DNA from: Lentisphaerota bacterium
GTDB lineage: Bacteria > Verrucomicrobiota > Kiritimatiellia > UBA8416 > VGWI01
Assembly: GCA_016873655.1 (NCBI GenBank)
Contig: VGWI01000004.1
Location: forward strand, 160 to 64,159
Direction of reading: 5' to 3'
DNA length: 64,000 nucleotides
Shown here piece by piece: positions 29,777 to 40,050 of this stretch (positions are counted from its first letter, which is position 1; each line of letters starts with the position of its first letter). Under the pieces are notes generated by a model. The model did not search any database. It was given only the letters and a program-made list of their open reading frames with translations, and was not told the origin of the DNA. The position numbers and the translations under genes were made by a program.

Positions 29777-30550
29777 ATGAACATGAGAAGGCCCATACAA
29801 ATCGCCGCGTTGATGGCTGCGGCGTGTCTGATTGCGTGGAGTGTGCATGCTGTTCCGCTGGTAACCGAACAGGGCGGCACGATGTCGGGGTGGGACGCCG
29901 AGGAATTTGGTGGTGGCGCACCGTATCTGACGCCCGATCCGCCTACCGCAGTTGGTGACATCCACGGCACCGGGACTGCTGGTCTGCAGATGACAGGTCC
30001 CAACAGCCCGCAAGGGACCTATGAGGATCGCGTTTTTAACACCACGACGCTTGCAGGGGACTGGTCGAACATTGGGGGTGGGCAGGTTCGATCGATCAGG
30101 ATGGACTTTTTCTCGGACACCCACAATTTTGGCACCTATGATGGAACCACAGACGCGCCTCAACAGCTCTCGATCTACTGGCTGGGACAGTCAGGGGCGA
30201 TGTGGGCACTAACGGTTGTGCCCTATGGAAACTGGGACTCTCTCTATGCGGACCTGCATTCGGACGAAGCTTGGATAGACCTGAATGGTCTGTTCTCCGA
30301 CACCGACCCTGAGTTCGGGCAGGACATGTCGAATACTGTGGCTGAAGTCGGTATAAGGCTTGCGTATCGGCCAGGCTATGACGGCGCGCGTTTCGGAATA
30401 GGTAGTTTCTCGTTGGATAGCGAGTACTACGCAGTTCCTGAGCCGCGGACCTATGCGGTTTTGGGCATGGCGGTGCTGTCATTGGGAGTCACGTTCAGGC
30501 GCCGCATAGGCGAGAAGATGGGCGCGTTTGTTTCGTCGCTGAAGAGTTGA
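29777..30550 (+). CDS. PEP-CTERM protein (module gene C, copy 1)
   Basis: Signal peptide; AVPEP + hydrophobic helix + RRR. Confidence 0.88.
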   Translation: MNMRRPIQIAALMAAACLIAWSVHAVPLVTEQGGTMSGWDAEEFGGGAPYLTPDPPTAVGDIHGTGTAGLQMTGPNSPQGTYEDRVFNTTTLAGDWSNIGGGQVRSIRMDFFSDTHNFGTYDGTTDAPQQLSIYWLGQSGAMWALTVVPYGNWDSLYADLHSDEAWIDLNGLFSDTDPEFGQDMSNTVAEVGIRLAYRPGYDGARFGIGSFSLDSEYYAVPEPRTYAVLGMAVLSLGVTFRRRIGEKMGAFVSSLKS

Positions 30551-30581
30551 CACGGAAGCGAGCAGGAAAAGAATCCTCGGG

Positions 30582-30619
30582 AAGGCGGTCTTGCGCTTGT
30601 GAGGCCGCCTTTCTTATTT
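30582..30619 (+). terminator. Rho-independent terminator after the PEP-CTERM gene
   Basis: AAGGCGGTCTTGC-gctt-GTGAGGCCGCCTT followed by TCTTATTT. Confidence 0.6.
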
Positions 30620-30653
30620 GCCGGGGGGATCGCGGCACAAGGGAGAAGGGGCC

Positions 30654-31676
30654 ATGAAGGCTGCAATAGCGGGCTACTCTCAGTCAGGCAAGAAGACGCT
30701 TTTCACACTCCTTACAGGGCGGAAACTCCACGCAGCGGCAAAGCCGGGCGAGGCCGTTGAGGGGCGGGCGGCAGTTCGCGATCCGCGTGTGGACAGGATA
30801 GCGGGCATAGTCAGGCCCGCAAAGACCACCTACGCCGAAACGGTGCTTCAGCTCTGCCCTGATGCCGGGGAAGGCGCGTCCCGCGACTGGGTCGATCCGG
30901 CCAGGCGCTGCGACCTCGTGTGCTTCCTGGTCAGGGCTTTCAGCGACGGCAGCGTATACCACCCGAAGGGAAGCGTTGATCCTGTCAGGGACAGGCGTGA
31001 GCTTCAGGCTGAGCTGCTGCTGGCGGACTTGGAGATGGTTGAGACGAGGCTCGACCGGATGTCGAAAGAGAAGCGGGCCGGTCTCACTTCCTCGCAGAAG
31101 GCAGAGGAGCATGTTCTAACCCGCTGCAAGAGTGCCCTTGAGGACGAGAAGCCGGCTTCAGCGCTTAACCTCGACTCCCACGAGGTGGCGTCTGTTCGCA
31201 GCCTGGGATTGCTTACTCTGAAGCCGGTTCTCTGGATACTCAACGTCGATGAAGATGACCTGGCCGAGAAGGGGGATGAGATAAGGATTTCGTGCAGGAT
31301 CGAAGAAGAGATCGCAGAGATGGATGGCGCAGAAGAGCGCCGGGAGTACCTTTCCGCGCTGGGTCTGAAGGAACCGGGCATAGACAGGTTCAATGCCCGC
31401 GCCTACGATGCGCTTGGGTACATGTCCTTCTACACAATGGGCGAGGACGAAGTGCGGGCATGGACGATTCGCAAGGGGGCGCTTGCGCCGGAGGCCGCGG
31501 GCAGGATACACAGCGACATTGAGCGCGGTTTCATCCGTGCCGAGGTGATCAAATACGATGACCTTGTCGCCCTGGGGTCAGAGAAGGCAGTGCGTGAGCA
31601 CGGCAAAGTGATGCTAAAAGGCAAGGATTACGCTATACAGGACGGAGACATCTGCTCGTTCCTGTTCAACGTCTGA
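30654..31676 (+). CDS. YchF/Obg-like ATPase homologue (divergent N-terminal G domain, C-terminal TGS/DUF933)
   Basis: V.DPRVD, ELLLADL, LLTLKP, NVDE, EVRAWTI, AAG.IHSD.ERGFIRAEV, GKDY.IQDGD; atypical P-loop GYSQSGKKT. Confidence 0.88.
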   Translation: MKAAIAGYSQSGKKTLFTLLTGRKLHAAAKPGEAVEGRAAVRDPRVDRIAGIVRPAKTTYAETVLQLCPDAGEGASRDWVDPARRCDLVCFLVRAFSDGSVYHPKGSVDPVRDRRELQAELLLADLEMVETRLDRMSKEKRAGLTSSQKAEEHVLTRCKSALEDEKPASALNLDSHEVASVRSLGLLTLKPVLWILNVDEDDLAEKGDEIRISCRIEEEIAEMDGAEERREYLSALGLKEPGIDRFNARAYDALGYMSFYTMGEDEVRAWTIRKGALAPEAAGRIHSDIERGFIRAEVIKYDDLVALGSEKAVREHGKVMLKGKDYAIQDGDICSFLFNV

Positions 31677-31697
31677 CCCGACACGTTCTCGAGTGGC

Positions 31698-32717
31698 TCA
31701 ATCCTCTGATGGAGCCGGTGGTTTGTAGGCGCCGTATTCAATCTTTCCGGACGTCCTGATTTCCTGGAAGAAGTCGCGTGCGGCTTCGTCTCTTTTCCGC
31801 CGCTGAAGGGTCTCCCTTATTTCTCCGTCTGTCATCTCCTTGGCTGCGGCGCGTCCCGTCACCTGGATTATGTGATAGCCAAACGGCGTTTCGACGACTT
31901 CTCCGATTGCATTTTCCTCCTGAGAGAACGCGGCGTCTTCGAATGCCTTGACCATTCGACCCCTGGGGAATTCTCCCAGGTCCCCTCCGCGGGCTTTGCT
32001 GGGGCAGTCGGAATGTTCCGATGCAAGCTTCGCGAAATCAGCGCCGTCAACGAGTTCCTTCCGAATGCCTTCGGTCTTTTCCCTGGCCGCCGTGCGTGAT
32101 TCCTCCGGATCGTCCGGCTTGGATGCGATGAGTATGTGCCTGGCTTTCACAGTCTGGGGTCTATCCAGGCTTCCCTTGCTGTCGGCACGCGCGGCGGCCA
32201 CTTCGGCGTCCGTTACGGAGACCCGGTTGGACAGAGCCTGTGAAAGGAGCTTCTCTACTCTGAGCCCTGTGCGCAGTTCCTGCATCATGCGCTCTTTCCC
32301 CACGGGGCTTTCGTTCATGATCTGGTCAACGGTCTTCCCCGGGGGGAGCCGCGTCGCGATCTTCGCTAGGGCGTCTTCTTCCTCTGCCTTCGAAACGCCC
32401 AAGTTCAGGCGGTCCGCTTCGTCCGTGAGGAGGGTTTTCATGATGTACTGGTCCACGATGAAATCGAACATTCGCTTCCTGATGGCATTCACCTCCTCGG
32501 CAGGCGTGTCCGGGCGCAGGGCCAGCATGCGGAGGTTCGTTTCTTTCTCCGCTTCGGATCGGAGAAGCTTGTGGCCGTTGACGGTGACCAGAACGTCATC
32601 CTGATTCGCCTTGCCTGTGTCGGAAGTGCCGCCTGAAGGAGAAGTCGGATCCTCGGAACTGCGTCCGCAACCAGCCGTTAAGAGCGCGGCAATGACGAGA
32701 GTCGAGAACAGTTTCAT
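31698..32717 (-). CDS. PpiC-type peptidyl-prolyl isomerase lipoprotein (PrsA/SurA-like)
   Basis: Lipobox LTAG|C; ARHILI, F..LA...SDCPS...[20 protein letters not shown]. Confidence 0.9.
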   Translation of the reverse strand: MKLFSTLVIAALLTAGCGRSSEDPTSPSGGTSDTGKANQDDVLVTVNGHKLLRSEAEKETNLRMLALRPDTPAEEVNAIRKRMFDFIVDQYIMKTLLTDEADRLNLGVSKAEEEDALAKIATRLPPGKTVDQIMNESPVGKERMMQELRTGLRVEKLLSQALSNRVSVTDAEVAAARADSKGSLDRPQTVKARHILIASKPDDPEESRTAAREKTEGIRKELVDGADFAKLASEHSDCPSKARGGDLGEFPRGRMVKAFEDAAFSQEENAIGEVVETPFGYHIIQVTGRAAAKEMTDGEIRETLQRRKRDEAARDFFQEIRTSGKIEYGAYKPPAPSED

Positions 32718-33529
32718 CGTTGTCCTTCCTCCACGCGCCTTTGCCCGGCCAGTGAGCACAGCTCGTAGGTGAGCTGCCTGCCCCGGATCGGGGAATGCGC
32801 GTGCAATTCGATGAATGTACCCATTACGCGGCGGATTTCAAGAAGACGATTCCGCGGGTGTTCGAGAGCCCGGGTGTCAGGGTGCTGGCTGCCGGCGCGA
32901 AGCCAATGCCTGATTGTGTTCACGGAGTGCAGGGACAATGTGTCAGCGGCAGCGGGAAGGTGTGCATCGCAGGCGTTGCAGACGACCCCGCCTCTCACGC
33001 TGTCGAACCTTATGGGAGCGTTCGGGGCGACCGGGGAATCCAGCTTGTGCCCGCAGGATGCGCAGGACTCCACGCCGGGCGTCCATCCTGCTGACTTCAT
33101 GCACAAGGTCTCGAAACGGCACAGAATCGGTATTGGCGGAAGGCCTGATGCCAGTGCGTCAAGCGAGGAGTTCAACACACCGTACATTTCCCGGTCAGGA
33201 GAACCCGGGGCGCCGACGGCCATGGACAGCGCGCAGACGTATGAAGCCGCGCAGTATGCACGCCAGTCATGCCTCAGCTCAGTGCGGGTCTTGATGGGCG
33301 CTATACTCCTGGCTATGTGAGTTCCGCTTCGTTCGCGCTCGTAGTACAGGAGTTCGCAGGACTGGAACAGGTCGTACTGCCCGAAGAATTCACTTTTCGG
33401 ACGGCGGGCGCCCTTGACAAGCGTCGACATCTGGCCGCGGTCGGGCGTAAGCCATGCAACGAAATGCGAAGTGTTCGAGTGACGGGAGATCCTGAGCGCA
33501 ACGGCTTCGGTGCGGAATATGGAGCTCAT
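32714..33529 (-). CDS. recO: DNA repair protein RecO
   Basis: TEAVALR....NTS..V..LT...G....VKGARR; CxxC...CxxC zinc motif. Confidence 0.85.
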   Translation of the reverse strand: MSSIFRTEAVALRISRHSNTSHFVAWLTPDRGQMSTLVKGARRPKSEFFGQYDLFQSCELLYYERERSGTHIARSIAPIKTRTELRHDWRAYCAASYVCALSMAVGAPGSPDREMYGVLNSSLDALASGLPPIPILCRFETLCMKSAGWTPGVESCASCGHKLDSPVAPNAPIRFDSVRGGVVCNACDAHLPAAADTLSLHSVNTIRHWLRAGSQHPDTRALEHPRNRLLEIRRVMGTFIELHAHSPIRGRQLTYELCSLAGQRRVEEGQR

Positions 33530-34020
33530 TGATTGCGTTTCCGGGGTCTCAAGCGCACGATCGGCGTGATCAGCCCTGATGCATCGGCATCTCGCAGCCA
33601 GCGCAATTCTCTGCGCCTCATCCTGGTTTGGTGTGGCCGGGTCGAGTCATCCTGTCCATGGAGGTGATCGCATCCGTGAGCCAGATACAGAGCGAGTTCC
33701 CGGTCTGGGCTCCATCCTATACGGCGTGCCTGCTCAACCGCGCGTTCGGCATTGATCATTATCTCACCTGCAGGCCCTTCAGTGTCTCCGGGGAACGTGC
33801 TGTAACGCACGGCTATCACATCGGTCGGTCGGTCATGTCCCAGCATCGCTGAATTTGCTGCTGAGATCCTGGCGTCGTCCGCAACGGAGACGGCGAGGGT
33901 GCTCCATGACAATGTCTTGTCCAGGTAGTGCGCCCGTTTCATCAGATACCGGCCCAGGCGCACGAGGGGCCGCCTGTCGATGCCGATCACGTGCTGAAGA
34001 TTGAGCACTTCAACATTCAT
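33526..34020 (-). CDS. ybeY: rRNA maturation endonuclease YbeY
   Basis: PTDVI, GEI.I, ELALYLAHGCDHLHGQDD (HxxxHxxGxD motif). Confidence 0.85.
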   Translation of the reverse strand: MNVEVLNLQHVIGIDRRPLVRLGRYLMKRAHYLDKTLSWSTLAVSVADDARISAANSAMLGHDRPTDVIAVRYSTFPGDTEGPAGEIMINAERAVEQARRIGWSPDRELALYLAHGCDHLHGQDDSTRPHQTRMRRRELRWLRDADASGLITPIVRLRPRKRNQ

Positions 34021-34208
34021 TGCCACTCCATGGCGCATTCTATCCGCCGAAGGTCTCCGCTTACAGTTCATTCGCTCTCGTGGGTGCCTGGGCCGTCGAT
34101 GGGCCGTCGGTGGCGGGCTGTGGCAGGGAGTGTGCCGACGTGAGCGGCTGGAGTATCGCGTGGTGCGGCTTGCGCCATGGGACCTCCGGGCGCTATTGTC
34201 CACCTTGC

Positions 34209-35312
34209 ATGAAGAGCGTGCACATTCTTGTTGGCGACGAGTTTCTCTGTGATGCAAGGGCGAGAGAGCTGCTTGCGCCATTGGCTGGCGGAGGGGACGG
34301 GTCTCTTTGTATCGAGAAGATTGATGGCAGGGCGGAGAAGGCCGATGCTGCTGCGGCTTCGCTTTCAGCCTGCCTGGCGGCGGTGCGGACAGTCGGTTTC
34401 TTCGGGCAGGGAAAGGGCACATGGCTGCAAAGCGCTTCGTTTCTCGGGGCTTCCAGCAGGGCATCATCCCAGGAAGTAAAGTCACTGTGCGAGGCTCTTG
34501 CTGCTGAGATCAAGGCAGGGCTCTTGCCCGGGCATGTTCTTGTCATAACGGCTCCCGCGATAGACAAGCGACAGTCGTTCTTCAAGTCGGTAGAGAAGCT
34601 TGCGGATGTGGAGATTCTCGGTATCGCCGAAAGACAGGGCGGAGTCGGCAAGGCCACTCATGATGTTGTCGCCGGGGTCCTTTCCGATGCAGGGGTTCGG
34701 CCCGGTCCCGGCGTTGTCCAGTTGCTTTCTGAGCGCACGGGGAGTGACATGCGCACGGTCGTCTCAGAGGTCGAGAAACTGGCGCTCTACGCGGGGGGCG
34801 GAGGGCGCATTTCAGTCGAGGATGTGGAACTGCTCGTTCCTGTCTCCCGTGAGCTGCCGGCATGGGATCTTGCGGATGCTTTCGGGCGCCGCGACCTGCG
34901 AAGGTCGCTCCTGCTGCTGAGGCAGTTGATGTTCCAGGGCGCGGAGCCGATGCTCCTTCTTTCAGCGCTGCGCGGCAGAGTCAGGGACCTCGCGGTGTTG
35001 CGGGAGGCGCTGGACAGGAACTGGGCGCACCTTTCGTCGGGAGGCAGGGGGGCGGTGCTGTGGCGTGAATGGCCCGAATCCGCATCTGCGGCGTTTGATG
35101 ACGGGCTGGTGAAGGATCCACGGTCCATTCACCCGTACAGGGCACTGCTGCTGTGTGAACAGGCGAAGAGTTTCACGGAGCATGAACTCATCGTGGCCAG
35201 GAGGATACTGGTCAACTGCTGCCGTTTGCTGTTGTCTTCTTCCCGTTGTCAGCCGGGGTGGATTCTCGAGATGGCGCTGCTTCGCATTCTAGCGCCCAGT
35301 CGCGCCAAGTGA
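34209..35312 (+). CDS. holA: DNA polymerase III delta subunit
   Basis: ILVGDEF, GFFG, DKR..FFK, E.EKL.LY, I..EDV..LV, WDL.DA. Confidence 0.8.
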   Translation: MKSVHILVGDEFLCDARARELLAPLAGGGDGSLCIEKIDGRAEKADAAAASLSACLAAVRTVGFFGQGKGTWLQSASFLGASSRASSQEVKSLCEALAAEIKAGLLPGHVLVITAPAIDKRQSFFKSVEKLADVEILGIAERQGGVGKATHDVVAGVLSDAGVRPGPGVVQLLSERTGSDMRTVVSEVEKLALYAGGGGRISVEDVELLVPVSRELPAWDLADAFGRRDLRRSLLLLRQLMFQGAEPMLLLSALRGRVRDLAVLREALDRNWAHLSSGGRGAVLWREWPESASAAFDDGLVKDPRSIHPYRALLLCEQAKSFTEHELIVARRILVNCCRLLLSSSRCQPGWILEMALLRILAPSRAK

Positions 35313-35418
35313 TCAAGGCGATCAGCTGACACGCGGCAGAGGCGAACCAAGAGCTGGGATTGCGCTGCGCCAGAGCGAAACGTTGCCGAAGTGTTCATTC
35401 GGTGAAGAAGCCAGTTGC

Positions 35419-35447
35419 TTGACACGAGAGCCCCGGCGTTGCATTAT
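35419..35447 (+). promoter_or_regulatory. Sigma70-type promoter for tRNA-Thr
   Basis: TTGACA-17 bp-CATTAT just upstream of the tRNA. Confidence 0.7.
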
Positions 35448-35464
35448 CGCGCGCCTTGTTCCGG

Positions 35465-35540
35465 GCCAACGTAGCTCAGTCGGTAGAGCAGCTCACTCGT
35501 AATGAGCAGGTCCTCGGTTCGATTCCGAGCGTTGGCTCCA
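35465..35540 (+). tRNA. tRNA-Thr(CGT)
   Basis: GCCAACG/CGTTGGC acceptor stem, GCTCA-CTCGTAA-TGAGC anticodon arm, GGTTCGATTCC T-loop, encoded CCA. Confidence 0.95.
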
Positions 35541-35623
35541 ACTCAGACCGGCCGGTCGTGCATCCATCAAGGAACGTAGCGTCTGTTCCTGAAACCGCCT
35601 CGGTCCCCCGGTCAGGTCCAGAC

Positions 35624-35655
35624 AAAAGGAAAGGGGCGCCTTTCGCGGCGCCCCT
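35624..35655 (-). terminator. Rho-independent terminator of ilvC
   Basis: AGGGGCGCC/GGCGCCCCT 9-bp stem followed by a T-rich tract on the minus strand. Confidence 0.7.
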
Positions 35656-35686
35656 CCCGGTGTCAACGCTATCCGAATGTATGGCG

Positions 35687-36787
35687 TCAGTTCGACCGCC
35701 TGCCGGAGATGCCCTTTGTTGCCTTGGTAATGGCCTTGGCCTTCTCGTGGGGACGAAGGGATCTGACGGCCTTTCCCGCAAGCCACATCTCTGAGTTGCC
35801 CATCGTGGACAGCTCGGAGTCGAGCTTCTTCCGGTAGTCCTTTCCTCCGCACGCAGTGATGACGCGCCTTGTTTCCTTGCCTGACTTGACGGCGGCGTAC
35901 AGCTGCTTGAAGACCGGCATCGCCGCCTTCTTGAAGCGTGGCTTCCAGTCGAGAGCGCCGCGCTGTGCCGTGGCCGAGCAGTTCGAGAACATCCAGTCCA
36001 TGCCGTTCTCGTCAACCAGGCGTATGAGACTCTGGGTGAGTTCCTCAACGGTCTCGTTGAATGCCTCGCTGGGAGAGTGGCCGTTGCGTCGGAGCGTATC
36101 GTACTGCGCCTCCATAACGCCCGCCAGGGCGCCCATGAGTATTCCCCTCTCGCCGGTGAGGTCGCTGAACACTTCGTGCTCGAAAGACGTCGGGAAGAGG
36201 TAGCCGGAACCTATTCCGATGCCGACGGCAAGGCAGCGTTCTTCAGCGCGGCCGGTTGCATCCTGGAACACGGCATAGCTCGAATTGATGCCGGCGCCAG
36301 AAAGGAAGTTGCGGCGGACCGAGGTGCCGGACCCCTTCGGGGCCACAAGGATGACATCCACGTCGGCAGGCGGCACTACGCCCGTCTGGTCCTTGTAGAC
36401 GATTGAGAAGCCGTGCGAGAAATACAGGGCATCGCCAGTCTTCAGGTGCTTGCGGATTGATGGCCAGATGACACGCTGGGCCGCATCCGTTACGAGCATC
36501 TGGATGATGGTTCCGCGCTCTGCCGCCTCTTCGATATCGAAGAGTGTTTTCCCCGGGACCCATCCATCGCGAAGCGCCCTGTTCCAGTCCTGCTTGAAGG
36601 CCTTCGACTGTCCGATGATGACGTTCAGGCCGTTCTCCTTCATGTTCAACGCTTGTGCGGGGCCCTGAACGCCGTAGCCGATGACGGCTATAGTTTCTCC
36701 GCGAAGAATTCTGCGCGCCTTTGAGAGGCTGAACTCCTTGCGCGTGACAACGTCTTCCTTGGTCCCACCGAAGTCAATCTTGGCCAT
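35687..36787 (-). CDS. ilvC: Ketol-acid reductoisomerase
   Basis: IGYGVQG.AQALN, FSHGF, VAPKG.G, SDL.GERG.LMG, EAFNETVEE, CS.TA.RG. Confidence 0.95.
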   Translation of the reverse strand: MAKIDFGGTKEDVVTRKEFSLSKARRILRGETIAVIGYGVQGPAQALNMKENGLNVIIGQSKAFKQDWNRALRDGWVPGKTLFDIEEAAERGTIIQMLVTDAAQRVIWPSIRKHLKTGDALYFSHGFSIVYKDQTGVVPPADVDVILVAPKGSGTSVRRNFLSGAGINSSYAVFQDATGRAEERCLAVGIGIGSGYLFPTSFEHEVFSDLTGERGILMGALAGVMEAQYDTLRRNGHSPSEAFNETVEELTQSLIRLVDENGMDWMFSNCSATAQRGALDWKPRFKKAAMPVFKQLYAAVKSGKETRRVITACGGKDYRKKLDSELSTMGNSEMWLAGKAVRSLRPHEKAKAITKATKGISGRRSN

Positions 36788-37661
36788 GGCTTTTCTCCTT
36801 GAGTTCGCGCGTTGCCGCTGCCGGGAGAGAACCCGGCAGACGCGCGAACGGGCATAATAGGCCTGGCAGGCGTTCCGTCAAGTTCTGCCTCACCAGGCGC
36901 GTGCTCAATCTTCCGGCATCCCGGTCTCAAAGCGATGTTGATGGCAGGTCCCTGAAGAGCGCGCCGACAACGCGGCCGCTGACGGCAATGCCGGCACAGG
37001 AGCCGGTGTAGTTGCCTTTCATGGTGTCGCTCTGCAGTTCAAGTTCGAGCGAGAACGACGCCGGCGCCGGCGTTCTGCCTGTTATGTCGGTTCCGACTCG
37101 CAGGAGTATCTTTAGCCTGGCGTTTCCGCCAAGCAGTTCCTCGGGAACAAGCCCCCCCAGAATCCCGTCACCGTAGACGACAGGGCCCCACTTGCCCTCA
37201 CGCACCACCAATCCTACATGGTATGGACGTGCGGGAGACCACGGGTCCGGAGCTGAGTTCTCCCTTCTTCGGTGAGGTAAGCTCGCTCGCCCTGGCCGAT
37301 GCCCCCTCAAGGCGCACGAAGACCTGATTATTCAGCGGCGGCAGAGACGGGTCGGGGGGCTTGTCAGACTCCGCCGCTATCGAGGGCGCGAGGGCATTGA
37401 TCAGCATCAGCGGGAATGCGTGACGGATCTGCCGCGATCAGCCGCTTCTTTATCGCCTTGAAGTCGGAAGGCGTCTTTACGGGGAAGTAGATGTACACGT
37501 CCATGCTTGTCCGGTGTCTCCCCGTTTCATGGGCGAAAAAAGTCATCCATGGGCACCCATGCAATCAAGCCCCATGCCTGCCGGACGGAGCTCTGTCGGG
37601 GGCGAAAGGTGTTGATAGGCGGGCGATGAAGTGGTAGCGCGTGTCGCGGGCGGGCGAGAAG

Positions 37662-38288
37662 ATGAAGATAACGGTAATAAGCGACTCACTCACCAACGAC
37701 GAGCCGGAGAACTGGCTCAGCCTTCTTCCGGATATGGCGCCGGGAATCACAGTGGCGGCCAACGCCCACGGCGGATGGACGACGCACAGCTTCTTCAAGG
37801 AGAAGTTCCGCGATGCGGCCTTTACCCGGGTCGAACCGGATACTGACGTCTTCATCCTGTTGGTGGGGTCAAACAACATTTTCGAGGACTTCGGCGGATC
37901 CGATGAGGCGGTGCGGCTTGCCGTTGCCGGCGTGGAGCGCATTGCGGGCCGGGCGCTTGCCCTCGCGCCCCGGGCGGGTGTGCTTCTCGCAGCGCCGCCG
38001 AATGTCGCGCTGGCGAACGTGCAGTTCCAGATGACAACGCCGCCGCGACGCATTCTCCCGGAGACGCCTTTCTTCCTCGCGGAACTGGGAGCGGAGTACC
38101 AGCGATTGGCCGGGCGGCGGGGATGGATGTTCGTGAACCTGTTCCCATTGCTGGAGGACGTTGATTTTGCAGACGCCGCACACCCGAATCCGGCGGGAAA
38201 CAGGAAGATAGCGGCTGCGGTCTTGAAGACACTCATCGAAGGGGGCTGCATTGGGGGCGACGGGTCACTTGCGGAGGTCAGGGAATGA
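37662..38288 (+). CDS. SGNH/GDSL hydrolase family protein
   Basis: SDSLT block I, GWTT, GSNN block III, DAAHPN block V. Confidence 0.82.
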   Translation: MKITVISDSLTNDEPENWLSLLPDMAPGITVAANAHGGWTTHSFFKEKFRDAAFTRVEPDTDVFILLVGSNNIFEDFGGSDEAVRLAVAGVERIAGRALALAPRAGVLLAAPPNVALANVQFQMTTPPRRILPETPFFLAELGAEYQRLAGRRGWMFVNLFPLLEDVDFADAAHPNPAGNRKIAAAVLKTLIEGGCIGGDGSLAEVRE

Positions 38289-38289
38289 C

Positions 38290-38610
38290 AGTGGGCTTGA
38301 AACCGGTGCGGTGTGGCGTCTCGTGAGTACGGCCGCGGGATGGAAGGAGACAGGCGGATCGGAAACGATCGAGCTGGAATGTGACTCGGGCCGCATTGTC
38401 ATAGAGGACCTCAAGGGCGGCTCGCTGCTGATGGAAACGGCCGGCGGTATCACGCGCGAGTCGACAGGCGGGTTGCCCTCAATTCACTGGGGGCAGGTCG
38501 AGAACTTCGCGAAGCATCTTGTCTCCGGAGGCCGGCTTGCGTGCGACGGGCGCGAAGGGCGCAGGTCTGCGGTGGTTCTTGACTTCATTTCCATTCTTTC
38601 TGAAAATTGA
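38290..38610 (+). pseudogene. Probable C-terminal remnant of a Gfo/Idh/MocA oxidoreductase
   Basis: IEL....GRI...DL..G...HW.QVENF........CDGREG.RS..VLD resembles the Gfo C-terminus; no Rossmann N-terminus or clear start. Confidence 0.4.
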
Positions 38611-38740
38611 GTGGGGGTGGGGGTGCCCACGATCACCCCTCAGGAACGCGACGGTGCCAGATCCGGGCATCTCGGGTTGTTGGCATAGCTCAAAAAAAAG
38701 AGTGGCAGTTTCTTGTCGGGGTGCTAGAATGCCCTCAATC

Positions 38741-40042
38741 ATGATCAGAATGGCGCAGCTCTCAAACGTGCCTGCACGCATCTGCAGGATCGCTTCGGCT
38801 GCCGCAGCGCTCGTTTCATTGTGTGCGGCGGCAGCGTCTGGAGCCGAGGCGCTTGTGCCGTATTCCACCGGCTTTGAAGGCGGCAGTCTCGGTGCTGAAT
38901 GGTCCGTGTCGGGGTCCGGGTCAGCGTCTGTTCAGGTTGGGAAAGGCGTGCAGGGCAACAGGGGTTGTGCGATCGCCGACTGCAAGCTGAATCTTGCGGT
39001 GACGAACGCGCCGGCGGTCGGTTCCAACGTCTGGGTGCGTGTGTTCGTCAAGCCGGTTCCCGTGGACGAGACAATTGCCCCCACTCCGGCGACGAACGCC
39101 GTAGCGGCTTTCTACATCAGTCAGTCCGGCGTCCTCAAGGCGGTTGCCACGAATTCCTACAAGGATGTCGCCTCCGGGATGCCTACGAACGTATGGATGG
39201 GTTTCGCCGTGCATCTTGACTACGGGGCCCAGGCTTATGACCTGTATCAGCTCCCGACAAACAGCGCCTACGGTGCCCCGATGCAGAGGCTCAATCCCGC
39301 GCCCCTTGCCTTCTACACGGGAGCAACTCACCGCAGCACGCTCCAGCAGGTTGCCATAGAAAGTTCGTCCACCGGCTATGTTGACGCCGTCGCGATCGGA
39401 GTGGAGACAGGGATGCTCTCCGTTGCTCAGTATGTCAGGATAGACGATCGGCCGGCAGGGAAGTCAACCATGACAGCACCGCCTCCTTATGAATATTCCG
39501 GCTCGGCGGCGACGATGGCAGGCCGGCTGGGCGACGATATGAAACGCGGTTCGGCGGACGGGGATGTGGTCAGGTTCCTCACGACAAACGGATGGAAGAA
39601 CTCGCAGCTCAACGTCGGCGCATGGCAGGTGCCGAACGATGTTGAGATACCTCACGGGCAGTCGGTGCTGATCGACCGCCGTGCAAACTCCAGAGACTCC
39701 GTCGCGTTCTATCCGTACAACACGGCACCCACGAATGCCGTACAGATGATCTTCGATGATGGAACCCCGGTCAAATTGGGCTGGAACAATCTGGTATGGC
39801 CGGCGGCTCTTGGCGAGCGCGGACAGAGCGACGGTGCCGGGTGGCATTTCGATGCTGCGGCAAACGGTGACAAGCTTTGGATCTACAGGGACGGGCAGTA
39901 CGTCGTCCTGAAGTACGACAGTGGCGACGGGAAATGGAAGGAAATCGGCGTAAGGACGGAATCGGCCGTGAAGCTGCGGCCGGGCGAAACGTTCTGGTAC
40001 AAGCGGGTGGCAAGCACCTATCCGTGGAACCCGTCCAATTGA
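38741..40042 (+). CDS. Secreted hypothetical protein (module gene A, copy 2)
   Basis: Signal peptide ending AEA; paralogous to 27379-28698; TGcTAGAAT extended -10-like element at 38722-38730. Confidence 0.8.
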   Translation: MIRMAQLSNVPARICRIASAAAALVSLCAAAASGAEALVPYSTGFEGGSLGAEWSVSGSGSASVQVGKGVQGNRGCAIADCKLNLAVTNAPAVGSNVWVRVFVKPVPVDETIAPTPATNAVAAFYISQSGVLKAVATNSYKDVASGMPTNVWMGFAVHLDYGAQAYDLYQLPTNSAYGAPMQRLNPAPLAFYTGATHRSTLQQVAIESSSTGYVDAVAIGVETGMLSVAQYVRIDDRPAGKSTMTAPPPYEYSGSAATMAGRLGDDMKRGSADGDVVRFLTTNGWKNSQLNVGAWQVPNDVEIPHGQSVLIDRRANSRDSVAFYPYNTAPTNAVQMIFDDGTPVKLGWNNLVWPAALGERGQSDGAGWHFDAAANGDKLWIYRDGQYVVLKYDSGDGKWKEIGVRTESAVKLRPGETFWYKRVASTYPWNPSN

Positions 40043-40050
40043 GGTCATAC

